Positions 43,658 through 56,918 are shown, counted from the stretch's first letter. The stretch is DNA of 64,000 bases from Octopus vulgaris (GCA_951406725.2 OX597816.1:152954001-153018000), one strand, 5' to 3'. Notes: generated by a model from the letters alone, not told the origin. Translations and numbers: made by a program.

Positions 43658-43888
43658 GGTGGTAAGCTGGCAGAAACGTTAGCACGCCGGACGATATGCG
43701 TAGCCGTATTTCGTCTGCTGTTACGTTCTGAGTTCAAATTCCACCGAGGTCGACTTTGTCTTTCATCCTTTCGGGGTCGATAAATTAAGTACCAGTTACG
43801 CACTGGGGTCGATGTAATCGACTTAATCCGTTTGTCTGTCCTTGTTTGTCCCCTCTGTGTTTAGCCCCTTGTGTGTTGTAAAGAAATA
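43658..43888 (+). mobile_element. SINE family A monomer (tail type A)
   Basis: A-box-like AGCTGGCAGAAACGTTAG, B-box GAGTTCAAATTCC, core CTTTCATCCTTTCGGGGTCGATAAATTAAGTACC; perfect 23-bp TSD at 43632-43654 and 43889-43911. Confidence 0.9.
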
Positions 43889-44159
43889 TATACGATATCA
43901 TTATGTTATGTCCTTTCTATGAAAACATGGTTGGGATTTGAGGACCACTTATTGGTTTTACTCTCTGCAAGATACATATCGCAGAGAATTGATTTAAAAG
44001 CTTACATTTGGGGGAATAGCTTTGATATAGAAGTCCTATATTTCGTCACTTCTGCAAAGATTTTGATGAATCTCAATGTGCTCTTAAGAGAAATTGCTAA
44101 AGACCTATCTGTCTTATTTATTTATCGGCTAATCTAATCATCAGTTTGTGCTACCTGCG

Positions 44160-44284
<125 letters not shown>

Positions 44285-45414
44285 ATGGAGACACAGCAAT
44301 ATTTATTTCACTTAAATTACAAATGCTTTTGTAAAACGCATAAACTTCCCAGAATTCAGTCCCCCACCCCGTACAAATATTAGTCTTCTCATGGGCCACA
44401 GTTAAATCTAATGCATCCGATTTTCAATTAAACACTATCAGCTGGTACTTTGTTTTCCGTAGCTGAATCCACTTTGTTGTAAACATGTGCTCCAAACTCC
44501 CCATTTTTCCCGGAAACGTTCACTTGCAGACGTTCAGGCCGAGTATCAGCTGTATCAATTTCATTGGTTCGGTACAAAGGACATGGTACTCTCTTTTCTC
44601 CCTTAACCAACTTGTAAAAAAATTTCTAAAACAACTTCAGCATCGCATACGTTCAAAAAGTACTTAATTGTATTGTAGTTTATGTTTGAAAACTATAGCA
44701 TGCATCAAAGTGGATGCTACTATAGATTACTAATGGGTCCAACTTCCCCACTGAGAACAAGGACTCGATACCGTTACAATTTAGATTTTAAAGGTCCCTC
44801 AACTTTTCAATACCTTGTCTAAATATCTAAGAGATCAGCACGACACAGATATGGATGTATTAAAAAAAGAAAACATCTGGGGACATTTTATTTGAGATCC
44901 CAGACAAAATTATTACTTTGCGGCAAAAAATATTCTCTATAAAATCAATCACATACGCACTCACACGCCCCCTCCACGCACACACACAGAAAGAAAGAAA
45001 GAGAAAGAGAGTTAGTTATGGAAATATAATAGATTAAAAGTAGCAGTTAAAGCGGTGCTTCAGCAAGACCACAGTGGATAAGCTGGAACTTATAAAAGCT
45101 TCTTACCACACATAGCTATTTTTTTTATATATCTTAGTTAGAAGGAAAAGCTAGTGCCTATGACATTTTACAAGGTCTCCAACATTACTGGGAGGTAGGT
45201 GTCCTCCATCCGGAGATCCAGTGTGGATGTTTGTATTAGTAGATCCTTCTAAAGACACCTATATGAACGATGGATTAAGTCTACTTATCACCTGCGTAGA
45301 CCTCGACAGGATTTAAACCTTGAATGTATAGAGATGGAACAAATGCTACAAATCTGATGATTATATTATCCACCACCCAAGACAAATGATTTATTATCTA
45401 CGAATTATATTTTA

Positions 45415-45612
45415 CCTCCTTGTTTCATTCATTTGACTGTGGTCATGCTGGGGCACCACCTTGAAAACTTTTGTTCAGTGGTTTTCAACCAAAGTCCATA
45501 TGGCTCTTAAGGGTCCATAGGTAGGAAATGGTTGAGAACCACTGGTTTAGTCGAACAAATGTTACGGGGATTTAAACATACTAACACCAGTTGAGTTGTC
45601 AAGCGGTAGTGG

Positions 45613-45649
<37 letters not shown>

Positions 45650-45675
45650 ACACACACGCACACACACATACACGC

Positions 45676-45708
<33 letters not shown>

Positions 45709-45868
45709 TTTCGAAAATCATAGCGTAGAAGTGCTCAACTCGAACCAGAGGCGCTAGACAAGTATAATAGATGCAATAGAAAAGCTTCAAATCAGTCTGC
45801 CTGATTTGAACCTTTTCTATTGCATCTTATTATACACACACACACACACACATACATGCATACATACA

Positions 45869-45900
<32 letters not shown>

Positions 45901-45929
45901 CATACATACATACATACATACATATAATA

Positions 45930-45973
<44 letters not shown>

Positions 45974-46129
45974 CGGGTTTCTTTCAGTTTCATTCTACCA
46001 AATATGTTCTAAAGGCTTTGGTCGATTCGAGGCTATAGTAGAAGACACTTGCCTAAGGTGCCACGCAGTGGAACTGAACCTGGAACTATGTGGTTAAGAA
46101 ACAAACCTTGACCACACAGCTACGCCTAC
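45415..46129 (-). mobile_element. SINE family B copy split by microsatellite expansion and a tiny hAT MITE
   Basis: Head 45975-46129 and tail 45415-45620 match 57774-58153 in reverse. Confidence 0.65.
45476..45544. mobile_element. 69-bp hAT (Charlie-like) mini-MITE
   Basis: TIRs CAGTGGTTTTCAACC / GGTTGAGAACCACTG (14/15); 8-bp flanks only partly conserved (cttttgtt / gtttagtc). Confidence 0.7.
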
Positions 46130-47467
46130 ATTTCTAAATATTGTTTTCATATCTACATGCATAATCTTCATGTTAATACATGTATACGATTGTCGAACGA
46201 CCTTGCTACTGTATGCATAACAGAATGCCTGCCATTAAGAGGAACCTTTCTTTGATCACGTGACTTGCTAGAAGTAGCGGACAAATCTTCATGTCACATT
46301 GTACTGTTATAAAAAGAGAAGGATTCGTTGGAAAATTATAGTTTTGGATACAAAACAAGGTGGTGTGGTCATGGCTGGAAAGCCTTTGAAGGTAGGTCTG
46401 CTCCATCAAGGTTAACTTGTAGTTGAACAACAACTAAAACAACACCATTTAAGATGTCAATAGTGACAATGCAGTTGATTAAAACAACTGGAAAAGCAGC
46501 GAACTGGCGGAATTATTAGAACGTCGAGTAGAATGTCTCGTAGTAGTTGTTCTAACTCTGCTCTTTAAGTTCAGATCTTTCCAAGATCAAATTTTTCTTT
46601 TCTTCTTTCGGGGTCAATAAAAAAAGTACTAACCTAGAGCGTTGGTTTGTTGGAACTACTAGTTTTGGGCGAAACGCTTTGCAGCATGCGTTCCAATGTT
46701 TTGTGTTTTGACGCCAACACCTCCGAGGACACTCGTGTTATGTTGAATCGGCCTGTGTCGTTGGTATATCCCATGGATAAATATCAGTAGTGTGAGGAAG
46801 GAGTGACTTGCATTCACGGGCAACTGTTAGTTTTTCTCAAAACAATCTTGCCCTGGCCAGGTGGATAGTCAACATATGGCGCTGTCTGTGTCCCTGCATG
46901 GCTGCTGTACAGCTTATCGATAACGAAAAGAGAAACAAACACAACACCATCATGTTTTGAACGGAGAACATAGACATAATTAAGATACTTAGTTCTTATT
47001 CAAGCCAACGCTGATTGAATAGACCCATAATCAAAGGTATTCCAACCGTGACCATCTACTATCGGTTTTGTATATAAGATATTACATTGCTCAATACCTT
47101 GGAAGTGGGATTCAATGGAGGGAAATTGTACACAACTCATGAACGAAGCTAATGACTCTTATTGAGAATCAGTGGTGGATATTTAAGATGGTAGGATATA
47201 TGAATTGGGGGTAATTTCGCTGCTATAACCAGCAAGTTAGGCGACCACTAACAGGCTTCTCTGCTGGTTCGCCTTGACGACATGTTGTTATATAGGCGTA
47301 AGGTCACAGTTTAATTATAGGAAAGGAATAAAAATTGCGTGACATTAAAAAAAACGTGCACAGATTTATACGAATAGCAAATACATCAAATACATACTTG
47401 TAAGCACAATTTATATACTCACTCGCAGATACACAGAAACTCGCGCCCGCACAAACACATACACAAA

Positions 47468-47536
<69 letters not shown>

Positions 47537-47606
47537 TTGTGTGTAATGCTGACACTTGAATTTGTTTAATGGAAATACTTCTCAGTAGAAAGAAATGGGA
47601 GAGAAA

Positions 47607-47704
47607 GAGGAGGAGGAGGAGGAGAAGAAGAAGAAGAAGAAGAAGAAGAAGAAGAAGAAGAAGAAGAAGAAGAAGAAGAAGAAGAAGAAGGGGAGGAGGA
47701 GGAG
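47607..47704. repeat. (GGA)n(GAA)n(GGA)n polypurine tract
   Basis: Direct inspection. Confidence 0.95.
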
Positions 47705-47885
47705 TTAGAATAACACTTAGATTTATTCTTAATGCGATGTTTATCAAGTAAACAGTTCGCATTTTCCCGTATATATTGACACAAACACACACCTACACGC
47801 ACACACAGATACACACGCATACATGCATGCCTCCATCCATCCACCAATACATACATATACACATACATAGATACATGCATATATC

Positions 47886-47919
<34 letters not shown>

Positions 47920-48023
47920 CACTTATATACATACATGCAAAAATACATATACATACATCAGTATGTGTGCGTATATATATCTACATGTATACATATACAG
48001 ATACACACACATATGTTCATAAA

Positions 48024-48081
<58 letters not shown>

Positions 48082-48274
48082 TACATAACATACAAAGACA
48101 GTGGGTGTGTTGTGCAAGCAATGTAGCTCCGTGCACGCAATATACTTTAATTTGCAGTTGACACCTTCGCAACACGTTATACTTGAGCCGCACCTGATAA
48201 ATTATGTAAATGTTTCTAGAAGTCTCCATCGATAATACACACACACACTAATACACACACGCACGCACACACAA

Positions 48275-48310
<36 letters not shown>

Positions 48311-48485
48311 ATACCGTATACATATACAAAAACACAGAAAGTGTGTTTGTTGCTATTGTTGTTGCTACCGTTGGAAGCCTGGAATGTTTCTGATAATGAT
48401 GTTTCGTTGATTTTGGCCTAAATTTTTTCGCTAGATTTGCCAATTCCTTTTTTAGCTAGTTTCTACAATATACCAAAACCACTCG

Positions 48486-48539
<54 letters not shown>

Positions 48540-48580
48540 GTTATTATTATTATTATTATTGCATTATTGTTATTGTTAAT

Positions 48581-48974
48581 AAGCTGGCGAGCTGGCATAA
48601 ACGTTAGCACGCCGGGCAAAATGCTCAGCAGTATTTCGTCTGCCGCTACGTTCTGAGTTCAAATTTCGCCGAGGTCGACTTTGCCTTTCATCCTTTCGGG
48701 GTCGATAAATTAAGTACCAGTTACGCACTGGGATCGATGTAATCGACTTAATCCGTTTGTCTGTCCTTGTTTGTCCTCTCTGTGTTTAGCCCCTTGTGGG
48801 TAGTAAAGAAATAGGTATTTCGTCTAACGTTACGTTCTGAGTTCAAATTCCGCTGAGGTCGACTTTGCCTTTCATCCTTTCGGGACGATAAATTAAGTAC
48901 CAGTTGCGTACTGGGGTCGATGTAATCGACTAGTAACCTCTCCCAAAATTTCAGGCCTTGGCCTAGTAGAAAGG

Positions 48975-48975
<1 letters not shown>
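48581..48975 (+). mobile_element. Composite (1.5-mer) SINE family A copy
   Basis: Head + core + tail A, then repeated B-box/core + tail B; flanked by (ATT)n. Confidence 0.88.
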
Positions 48976-49040
<65 letters not shown>

Positions 49041-49044
<4 letters not shown>

Positions 49045-49660
49045 GTTTGACTTTTGCTTTATGTTTGTACAAGTTGGCTCCAAGTCTCACCCAGAGACCT
49101 CAAGAGACAACAGGTTGGAAGTTCGCGTTGTTGTTATGCCTAGTGTGCCATATATTTGGGTTGTTTTTTTTTGGTGTTGTACTAGTGAATGTCTAATAAA
49201 TAATTTTTTTTTTTAAATTGTTTGTTTTAAACCTTAAGATTACATAGAGAGTATTTTGCGTAGGATATGAACAGTTCCCATGGGCACTATCTTTTGAATT
49301 TCGGCCATTTTGGGGTTTCCTGGTATCTGATTTAGGTAGCAATCAGCCCCTTTCGCTATCATTCCCAGGGCACTTATGACAACAGGTATTGTTTTAGTCT
49401 TCAGGTTCCACATTTTGCTGATTTCTATTTCAAGATCTTTATATTTGCTCAGTTTTTGGTAGGTCTTGACAGATACGTTTATATCGATTGGGACAGTCAT
49501 ATCAATGAGGAGGCATGTTCTTTGTCTGAAGTCTTTCAATATGATGTCTGGCCTATTTGCATCTATCTTTCTGTCAGTTTGAATGGTGAAGTTCCAGAGG
49601 AGTGAGATGTGGTCATTTTCAAGCACTGGGGGTGGATTGTGTTCCCACCAGTTTTTTTTT
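49041..49660 (-). mobile_element. 5'-truncated Dong/R4-type retrotransposon (open REL frame 49240-49626 plus 3' UTR) in (TAA)n
   Basis: LWNFTIQTDRKIDANRPDIILKD...LLIDMTVP...KLSKYKDL...IPVVISALG...ILRKILSM*; TAA tracts on both sides. Confidence 0.88.
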
Positions 49661-49668
49661 TTGCCTCC

Positions 49669-49721
<53 letters not shown>

Positions 49722-49748
49722 GTTGTTGTTGTTGTTGTTGTTGTTAAT

Positions 49749-50119
49749 AAGGCAGAACCGTTAGCACGTCGGGCGAAGTGCTTAGCGGTATTTCGCTGCC
49801 GCTACGTTTTGAGTTCAAATTCCGTCGAGGTTGACTTTGCCTTTCATCCTTTCGGGGTCGATTAAATAAGTACTGGGGTCGATATAATCGACTTAATTTG
49901 CTTGGTTGTCCTTATTCGTCCCCTCTGTGTTTAGCCCCTAGTGGGCAGTAAAGAAATAGGTATTTTGCCTGTCGCTACGTCCTGAGTTCAAATTCCGCCG
50001 AGGTCGACTTTACCTTTCATTCTTTCGGGGTCGATAAAATAAGTACCTGTTGAGTACTGGGGTCGATGTAATCGACCTGTCCCCTCCCCAAAAATTTCAG
50101 ACCTTGCGCCTTTAGTAGA

Positions 50120-50122
<3 letters not shown>
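49749..50122 (+). mobile_element. Composite (1.5-mer) SINE family A copy
   Basis: Same architecture as 48581-48975. Confidence 0.85.
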
Positions 50123-50183
<61 letters not shown>

Positions 50184-50577
50184 GTCATTATCATTATTAC
50201 TATTATTATAAGATATATTTGTATATGTATGCGTGAGTCACTGCATATGTTTTGCGTTTACATATGGGAACAACTAGAGTGTTTATAATATTCAAGTCTA
50301 TGTGTCTAAGTGTTTATGTATATACGGGGAATCCTGCAAACATATACGTATGCTTTTGTAAATATGTATACATATATATGTATGTAGAACTATATACATG
50401 TGTGTGTATGTGTGTGTATGTGTGTGTGCGTGTGTGTGTGTAGAATGTTGTCCAAACGCATGTATTACGTTGGATCAACAATACGTTTGTGTGTGTGCGT
50501 GTGTAGTTATACATACATACAATATATATATATATGTATACGTGTTTATATGTATACATACATTAATTATAGTATTG

Positions 50578-50660
<83 letters not shown>

Positions 50661-52375
50661 CACACCCACACACATACATGCATGCATACGTACCAATTTT
50701 ATATATGTGTGTATGTAAATATAAATATGTGTGTGTCCTTGTGTTTGTGTGAACATACACACACACATACGTACCGCCAGGAGAAGTGTCAAATCACGTG
50801 TATACGCTAAACCTAGCTTTTGAAGACCATTCTAGAATTATATCACTGCCTAGTTGAAAGATATGCAAACCTGTTCCGTAAGATATAAGAAAATAATTAT
50901 AAGGGAAAACGTAAAAGTTTTCCAAAAAGTATATATCTATTTTGTAGACAGGTGTATGGTAAATATTATGGAGGCCTAGGGTAAATAGTAAGATGATGAA
51001 TGGGTAAATACCGCGTCGGCGTGAGGTAAATATAGGAGCATCTGAACATCTGCCTTAAATAGTGAAATGCTATGTACCTTGCAGTATATTTACATTTTAT
51101 TACTTCTCACTGGATAGGAGAAGACTGGATCTTGATACTGTGGAAAAAAAAACAAAGAAAGAAAGAAAGAAAGAAAGAAAGAATAAATGAATGAAAAAAG
51201 GAAAAGAAAAAGGAAAAGAAAAAGGAAGGAAGAAATGCATAAACTGCAAATTATCATGGGGTCAGTCTCTGCCTGGGTGCGCGGAGGACTGCGTTGCTCT
51301 TACAGTGTGCAACCAAGAGAGATATCGGAGGTTCCTGAGTCTAACACACCATCCGGTTTAAGGGAGACTTAGTTCAAGAAGAGACGCTCGGCATGATCGA
51401 ATAGCTGCTAAATCTCGCTTAAATCACATTCAACATAACTCCTTGCAAAAAGGATACATTGGGTAGTATAAACATATACAAATAAGACGGAATGATCATG
51501 GTTAGAACACCTTTGGTCTTAAATGTATTCACTCAGAATTGACGAGCAGCTAAATAACATTACTCACTGGCTCCTTGAAAATTTTTACCCTGTGTTCATT
51601 GACCATTTGGGTGGGCGTCAGAGTCGCACCAGTTTTACTAAACTGGAAGAAACTACAAAGGTACTAATGTCCGCTGGATAACGTTCTGTTTTAAATCAGC
51701 AATCGGCAGTGACATTGAAAATTCAACGACAGGGCCCACCTAATTCTCAATAAGTAGCACATGGCGACGTAATTCATCATAGGAACAGTGATGCCGTTCG
51801 TTAATGTGCATCACTGAGGTTTTCAGCTCAGTTCTTTACCACAGGAAAAATTAACATTTGTCACGGCAAAGTCCTATCAAAGTGGATATCACTTTCTGAC
51901 AGTTAATGTCACACAGACTGAAGAATAAACAACGACCCTGTGTATAATAAAGATCTAAAATAATCTCCTGGTAGTTCTGTGCTCTGTCAATCTAATCACT
52001 GTGCGTAGTCGAATGATCAGAAGTTGTTTTACTATCATTATCTTTACTTTTTCAGTCATTGGATTGCGACCTCACTGAGGTACCGCCTTGAAGAGTTGTT
52101 GAGCAAATCAACCCCACTACTTACTTTTTAGAGTGGTAGTTATTCCATATCAGCAATACGAAACAGCTGTAAAAAAACAAGACTTCATTTAATCATTTAT
52201 TTGTATACGCAAATTTCCGTGTGAATACATTCCTTACATCACCTACTGTTTGCTTGCCTTTTTTACTTCCGTATCAACTCGATGATGATCTTTCACATAG
52301 CCAACTTCCCATCTCAGTGCTACCTGCTCCAGATGAGGAAGGAGTTTAAGTTTAATCGAATACTACTTGGTGACT

Positions 52376-52597
52376 GGCGGCGAGCTGGCAGAAACGTTAG
52401 CACGCCGGGAGAAATGCTTAGCGGTATTTCGTCTGCTGCTACGTTCTGAGTTCAAATTCCGCCGATGTTGACTTTGCCTTTCATCCTCTTGGAGTCGATT
52501 AAATAAGTACCAGTTACGCACTGGTGTCGATATAATCGACTTAATCCGTTTGTCTGTCCTTGTTTGTCCCCTGTGTTTAGCCCCTTGTGGGCAGTAA
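52376..52597 (+). mobile_element. SINE family A monomer
   Basis: ggcggcgagctggcagaaacgttagc...gagttcaaattcc...tail A. Confidence 0.88.
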
Positions 52598-52660
52598 CTA
52601 TACCACACTAACGTTCTATAAAACGTTGTATATACATGTGAATATATGTGTGCCTGTGTG

Positions 52661-52779
<119 letters not shown>

Positions 52780-52840
52780 ATAAAAATGGTAAGGCAGCAA
52801 AAGAAAGAAAGAGACCTCGATATTATGTAAATAGGGTAAT

Positions 52841-53117
52841 TTATCTGTAAATGTAATATGTGACAATTATTCGGTAGCCATGATAAAACTCCGAGTTTCG
52901 GATGCCGAGGTGGAAATTCACGCCGCCATCTCTTCAGTTATCCGGCCATCGGAAAATGCTATGAAAAATGAATTTTTCCTTTGTATAACGGTCATTTTTC
53001 ATAACATTTTTCCGATGGCTGGATAACTGTAGAGATGGCGGCGTGGATTTCCACCTCGGCATCCGAAACTTGGAGTTTTATCATGGCTACCGAATAATTG
53101 TGACATATTAAATTTGC

Positions 53118-53121
<4 letters not shown>
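52841..53121. repeat. ~130-bp-arm palindrome with a hammerhead motif in each arm
   Basis: Arms 52841-52971 / 52992-53121 with a ~20-nt spacer. Confidence 0.9.
52882..52942 (-). ncRNA. Type I hammerhead ribozyme motif with long stem II
   Basis: GATAA-CTGAAGA-GATG..GTGAATTTCCAC..CATCC-GAAA-CTCGGAG-TT-TTATC; the mirror copy 53022-53082 has the mutated core CTGTAGA. Confidence 0.6.
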
Positions 53122-53163
<42 letters not shown>

Positions 53164-53167
<4 letters not shown>

Positions 53168-53250
53168 TCTCTCTCTTTTTATTCTCATTCGTTTTATTCT
53201 CTCTAAACAGAGAGAGAATAAAACGAATGAGAATAAAAGAGAGAGAGAAT
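53164..53250. repeat. Near-perfect ~40-bp-arm hairpin between (TA)n tracts
   Basis: ttctctctctctttttattctcattcgttttattctctct-aaacag-agagagaataaaacgaatgagaataaaagagagagagaa. Confidence 0.9.
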
Positions 53251-53257
53251 ATATATA

Positions 53258-53405
53258 TATGTTTATCTTCTCGTGTTCCTTTCTGTTGAAGAGCGTAGGC
53301 TCTAAACGTAAAAGACTTTCTCACCTTCCCAAGCGTTAAACTAAAACACCTGTTTGTTATTTATACATCTGTCTTCATCTTTTTTTTTTTTGTAAATTCC
53401 AACTA
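53258..53405 (+). mobile_element. Penelope-like pLTR remnant with a degenerate minimal hammerhead
   Basis: CTTT-CTGTTGA-A-GAGC gtag GCTC-TAAA-CG-TA-AAAG; homolog of 6191-6370. Confidence 0.5.
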
Positions 53406-53913
53406 TATATGTGGGTATGTGCACGTGTGTGTGTGCGCGCGCGCACCTGTGTGTGGACTTGTATACGTGTACATGCATGGTTGTATACATATGTGCATCT
53501 ATTTTGGCGTATGTGTGGGTTCGCATGTGTGTGTTTCATGCGAGTCTGAGTGAGCATTTGCATATAGGCACATGTACGTGGGTGTGGGTGCGCGCATGTG
53601 TATGTATGTACATGCGCTCACACGCGTTAATGTCCTGTAATTTGCATTTGTATTTGTGTAGCATTTCTCCGCTTTTTTCCGTCCTTGTTTTCGCATATAT
53701 TCGCTGCTTTCTACCAAAGAATCTAGTGCTCTTAGCTTAGATTTTCATTGGGGCTGGCCAGATTGGAGCAGTTACGAATATAACCAGCCGAAACTGCAAA
53801 GATAATCTGGAACTCGACTGACGAAAGAAAATTCCCGATGACCCATCCTTGTTTTTTTGTTGTCTCTGTATTCTTTTTTATATACATATAGCAGCGTACG
53901 TACACTTTGGTCT

Positions 53914-53964
<51 letters not shown>

Positions 53965-53967
<3 letters not shown>

Positions 53968-54154
53968 GGTCCCGGGTTGATTCGGGGTTAACCACAGTAA
54001 ATAAGGTACTCAATACATAGCAGAGTAAAATTAATTTATTATAGAAGGATAGAACTGTCATTCAAGAGAAATCTTCAGGAAGCTCTTGAGCTTCCTGAAA
54101 TTTCTCTTGAATGAAACAGTTCTAGTCCTGTAGAAGCTCCTTCTATATAATAAA
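53965..54154. mobile_element. Head-to-head pair of the same HHR element that caps the 29-33 kb palindrome
   Basis: 53965-54085 is homologous in reverse to 33034-33170 with small deletions; 54088-54154 is a forward copy (core CTGAAA, one base lost); centre GAAGCTC-TT-GAGCTTC; (TA)n on both sides. Confidence 0.85.
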
Positions 54155-54629
54155 TATATATATATATATATATATATATTAATAAATAAAATAAAAAATA
54201 TGCATATATATAAACATATATGTACGTATTATACACGCATATATGAGTACAGGACACCAAAAAGGACGTCAAACACAATGAGAAACGAAAGCATAGACAC
54301 AACCCAAAGGAACTGGACATTTAATTAAAAACAGCAAAAAAATAGAATACAGGGCAATTAACACAAAGAAAAAACTCCTTCTTCAGTAGCTAAAGCTTTC
54401 ATCTACTCTACGTTTCGAAGGATAAAAGCGAGACGTATCTTCGATAAGAAAACTTTCCTTCCTACGAAAAGCAAATCAATTAAAATTTGAGATCTTTTCG
54501 CAGAGGGGTAAAAAATAGTAACAACAGGACAGTAACGACAGTGCAAATTGTAAACAGTATAAGACAGGACAAGGAAAACAAGATAAGAAGGGCTGTTGAC
54601 GCCGAACGAAAAAAAGCATTGCAAACGCA

Positions 54630-54683
<54 letters not shown>

Positions 54684-54689
<6 letters not shown>

Positions 54690-56770
54690 TTATTTTATTT
54701 TATTTAGTTTCAGCTCACAAGCTGTGGCCATGCTGGGGCACCGCCATTTATGGTTGCTACATGATTTTACTTCACGAATGCTTTTTAGCAAATGCCATCT
54801 GGTGCATTAGAGAGTTCGATGCAGCTGCCCTCATCTGCACCTCCTGCCGTGAAGTTGGTTCATCTAGGACACCTGACAAGAAGAGATCCAGTTTCATTTT
54901 AAAGACATCTGCATCCACCCCATGCAGGTCTCTTAGGTTCTTCGGGAGGATATTGAAGAGCTGTGGGCCTCGGAAACCCAGGCTATCACAGTATCTTGTC
55001 CTACATCTTGATGGCAAATTTGGAATCCTTGGCAAAATGCAGTGGCGCCCAGTTCTGGGATTTGTGTAACTCTCGATGCCAAAGTTTGGGACAAGTCCTT
55101 CTAGGATCTTCCAGATGTATATTATGGCATATCTTTCTCGCCTACGCTCTAAGGAATAGAGTCTCAGTCTCTTGAGTCTTTCCCAATAGCTTATATGCTG
55201 CACAGAGGCTATCTTCTTCGTGTAGCTTCGTTGGATCGCCTCAAGTTCTGTGATTAACTTGACACTGGATGGTGACCATAGCTAAGAGCAATAGTCAAAG
55301 TGGCTTAGGACAAGCGTCCTCCACAGGACCATCATGGTTTCCTGGTCTCTTGTTCTAAAGGTTCTAAGAATCCATCCGGTCCGCCGCCTACATTTCATTG
55401 CCAATTTAGCAACATGCACATGAAAGGTTGCATCATCATCATCACCCAGGTCTCGCACTGATTGTGCCTCTGGGATTGCAATCCCTCCAGGTCCAGTGTA
55501 TTTATTGGGTATTGCATTTAGTTTTGCATGCTGATAGTATAAAGCTTGAAACTTTTCAGCATTGAACTGCATGCTATTCTTTTCAGCCCACTTGTATATT
55601 TTGTCCAGCTCACATTGCAGGTGAGTAGCGTCTTCAGGGTTCTGTATTGCCTGTGAAACTTTTGTTTCATCTGCATAACTTGTGATCGTGGCTCTCTGCG
55701 TGGCTGAGGGATGTCTGAGAGGGCCATTATGAACAGTAGTGGTCCCAGAACAGTGCCTTGTGGAACACCGCTCACTATTTGCGTGTTAATGGAAGTGGCC
55801 CCATTGGCTACTACCACCTGACTTCTATCCTTCAGAAAGTCATGAAGCCATTCTCCCAATTTTCCAACTATGCCAAGATCACGCAGTTTGTGACATATCA
55901 TTCCATGATCGACTTTATCAAAGGCCTTTGCAAAGTCGAGATATATGACTTCCACATTTGAGTGGTTGAGCAGTCGTTTCAGCACCCAGTCATAGTGTTG
56001 TAGGAGCTGAGTTAAGCAGCTTTTTCCTGGTCGGAAACCATGTTGGGTGTCAGGCAGCAAGTCATTTTCTTCAAGGAAGGGGATTAGTTTCCTTCTGACT
56101 ATTCATTCCATGACTTTGCTGATGTGTGAGGTCAGAGAGATAGGTCTGTAGTTCTTGGCCTCCGCTCTGCTACCTCCTTTATGAATAGGGCATATTTTAC
56201 CTTCCTTCAGTTTTCTTGAAAGTTTGCCAGTTGCAAGGAAGCTCTGAAAGAGGAACTGCAGTGGTCTTGCTAGGACTCTCTTACATACTTTTAGAAGGAT
56301 TGCTGGGAATCCATCGGGACCAGTAGCTGAGTTTGTTTTCATTTCATCAATAGCCTTTATTACATCGTCTTCCTCTATATTGATGTAATCAATCATCGCT
56401 GCCTCTGATTTTATATCTGCAGTGGTGAAGAAGACAGTTGGATTGCTGACTTGAAAATGCCCTAGGGGTGGAGTGAAAATACTCTTGAATTGCTCATTTA
56501 GTATTTCACTTACCCTCCTTGGATTTCCTGTGAGTGTGCCATCCTTTTCAAGGAGTGGCCCTGTCTTACAGTGCACCGTAGCTGTTTCTTTGGCATACCT
56601 GTAGAAAGCTCTGGGGTTAGATTTTATGTTGTCTATAGCCCAGGCTTCTTTGTCTGCTCTTTCTTTTTCATGGGTGAGTTGCAGACATTTTTCAATTTCC
56701 AACAGTTTTATTTTCAGACGGGACTTTTCACTGCTTTCAATTTGTTTGTTTAGGCGATTTGAAACTTTTG
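54684..56770 (-). mobile_element. CR1-type LINE, 5'-truncated, with (TAAAA)n tail, inserted in (TA)n
   Basis: GPDG...[62 protein letters not shown]; several frameshifts and stops. Confidence 0.9.
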
Positions 56771-56795
56771 TATATATACATATACATATATATAC

Positions 56796-56899
<104 letters not shown>

Positions 56900-56918
56900 C
56901 ACATATACACAATGCAAC

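Noticed and set aside
43658-43760. tRNA-like A/B boxes
   Set aside because: SINE heads with no complete cloverleaf; not tRNA genes
52160-52171. GAAA-CAGCTG-TA half hammerhead; also lone CUGANGA matches near 13287 and 34510
   Set aside because: No complete core with pairing stems
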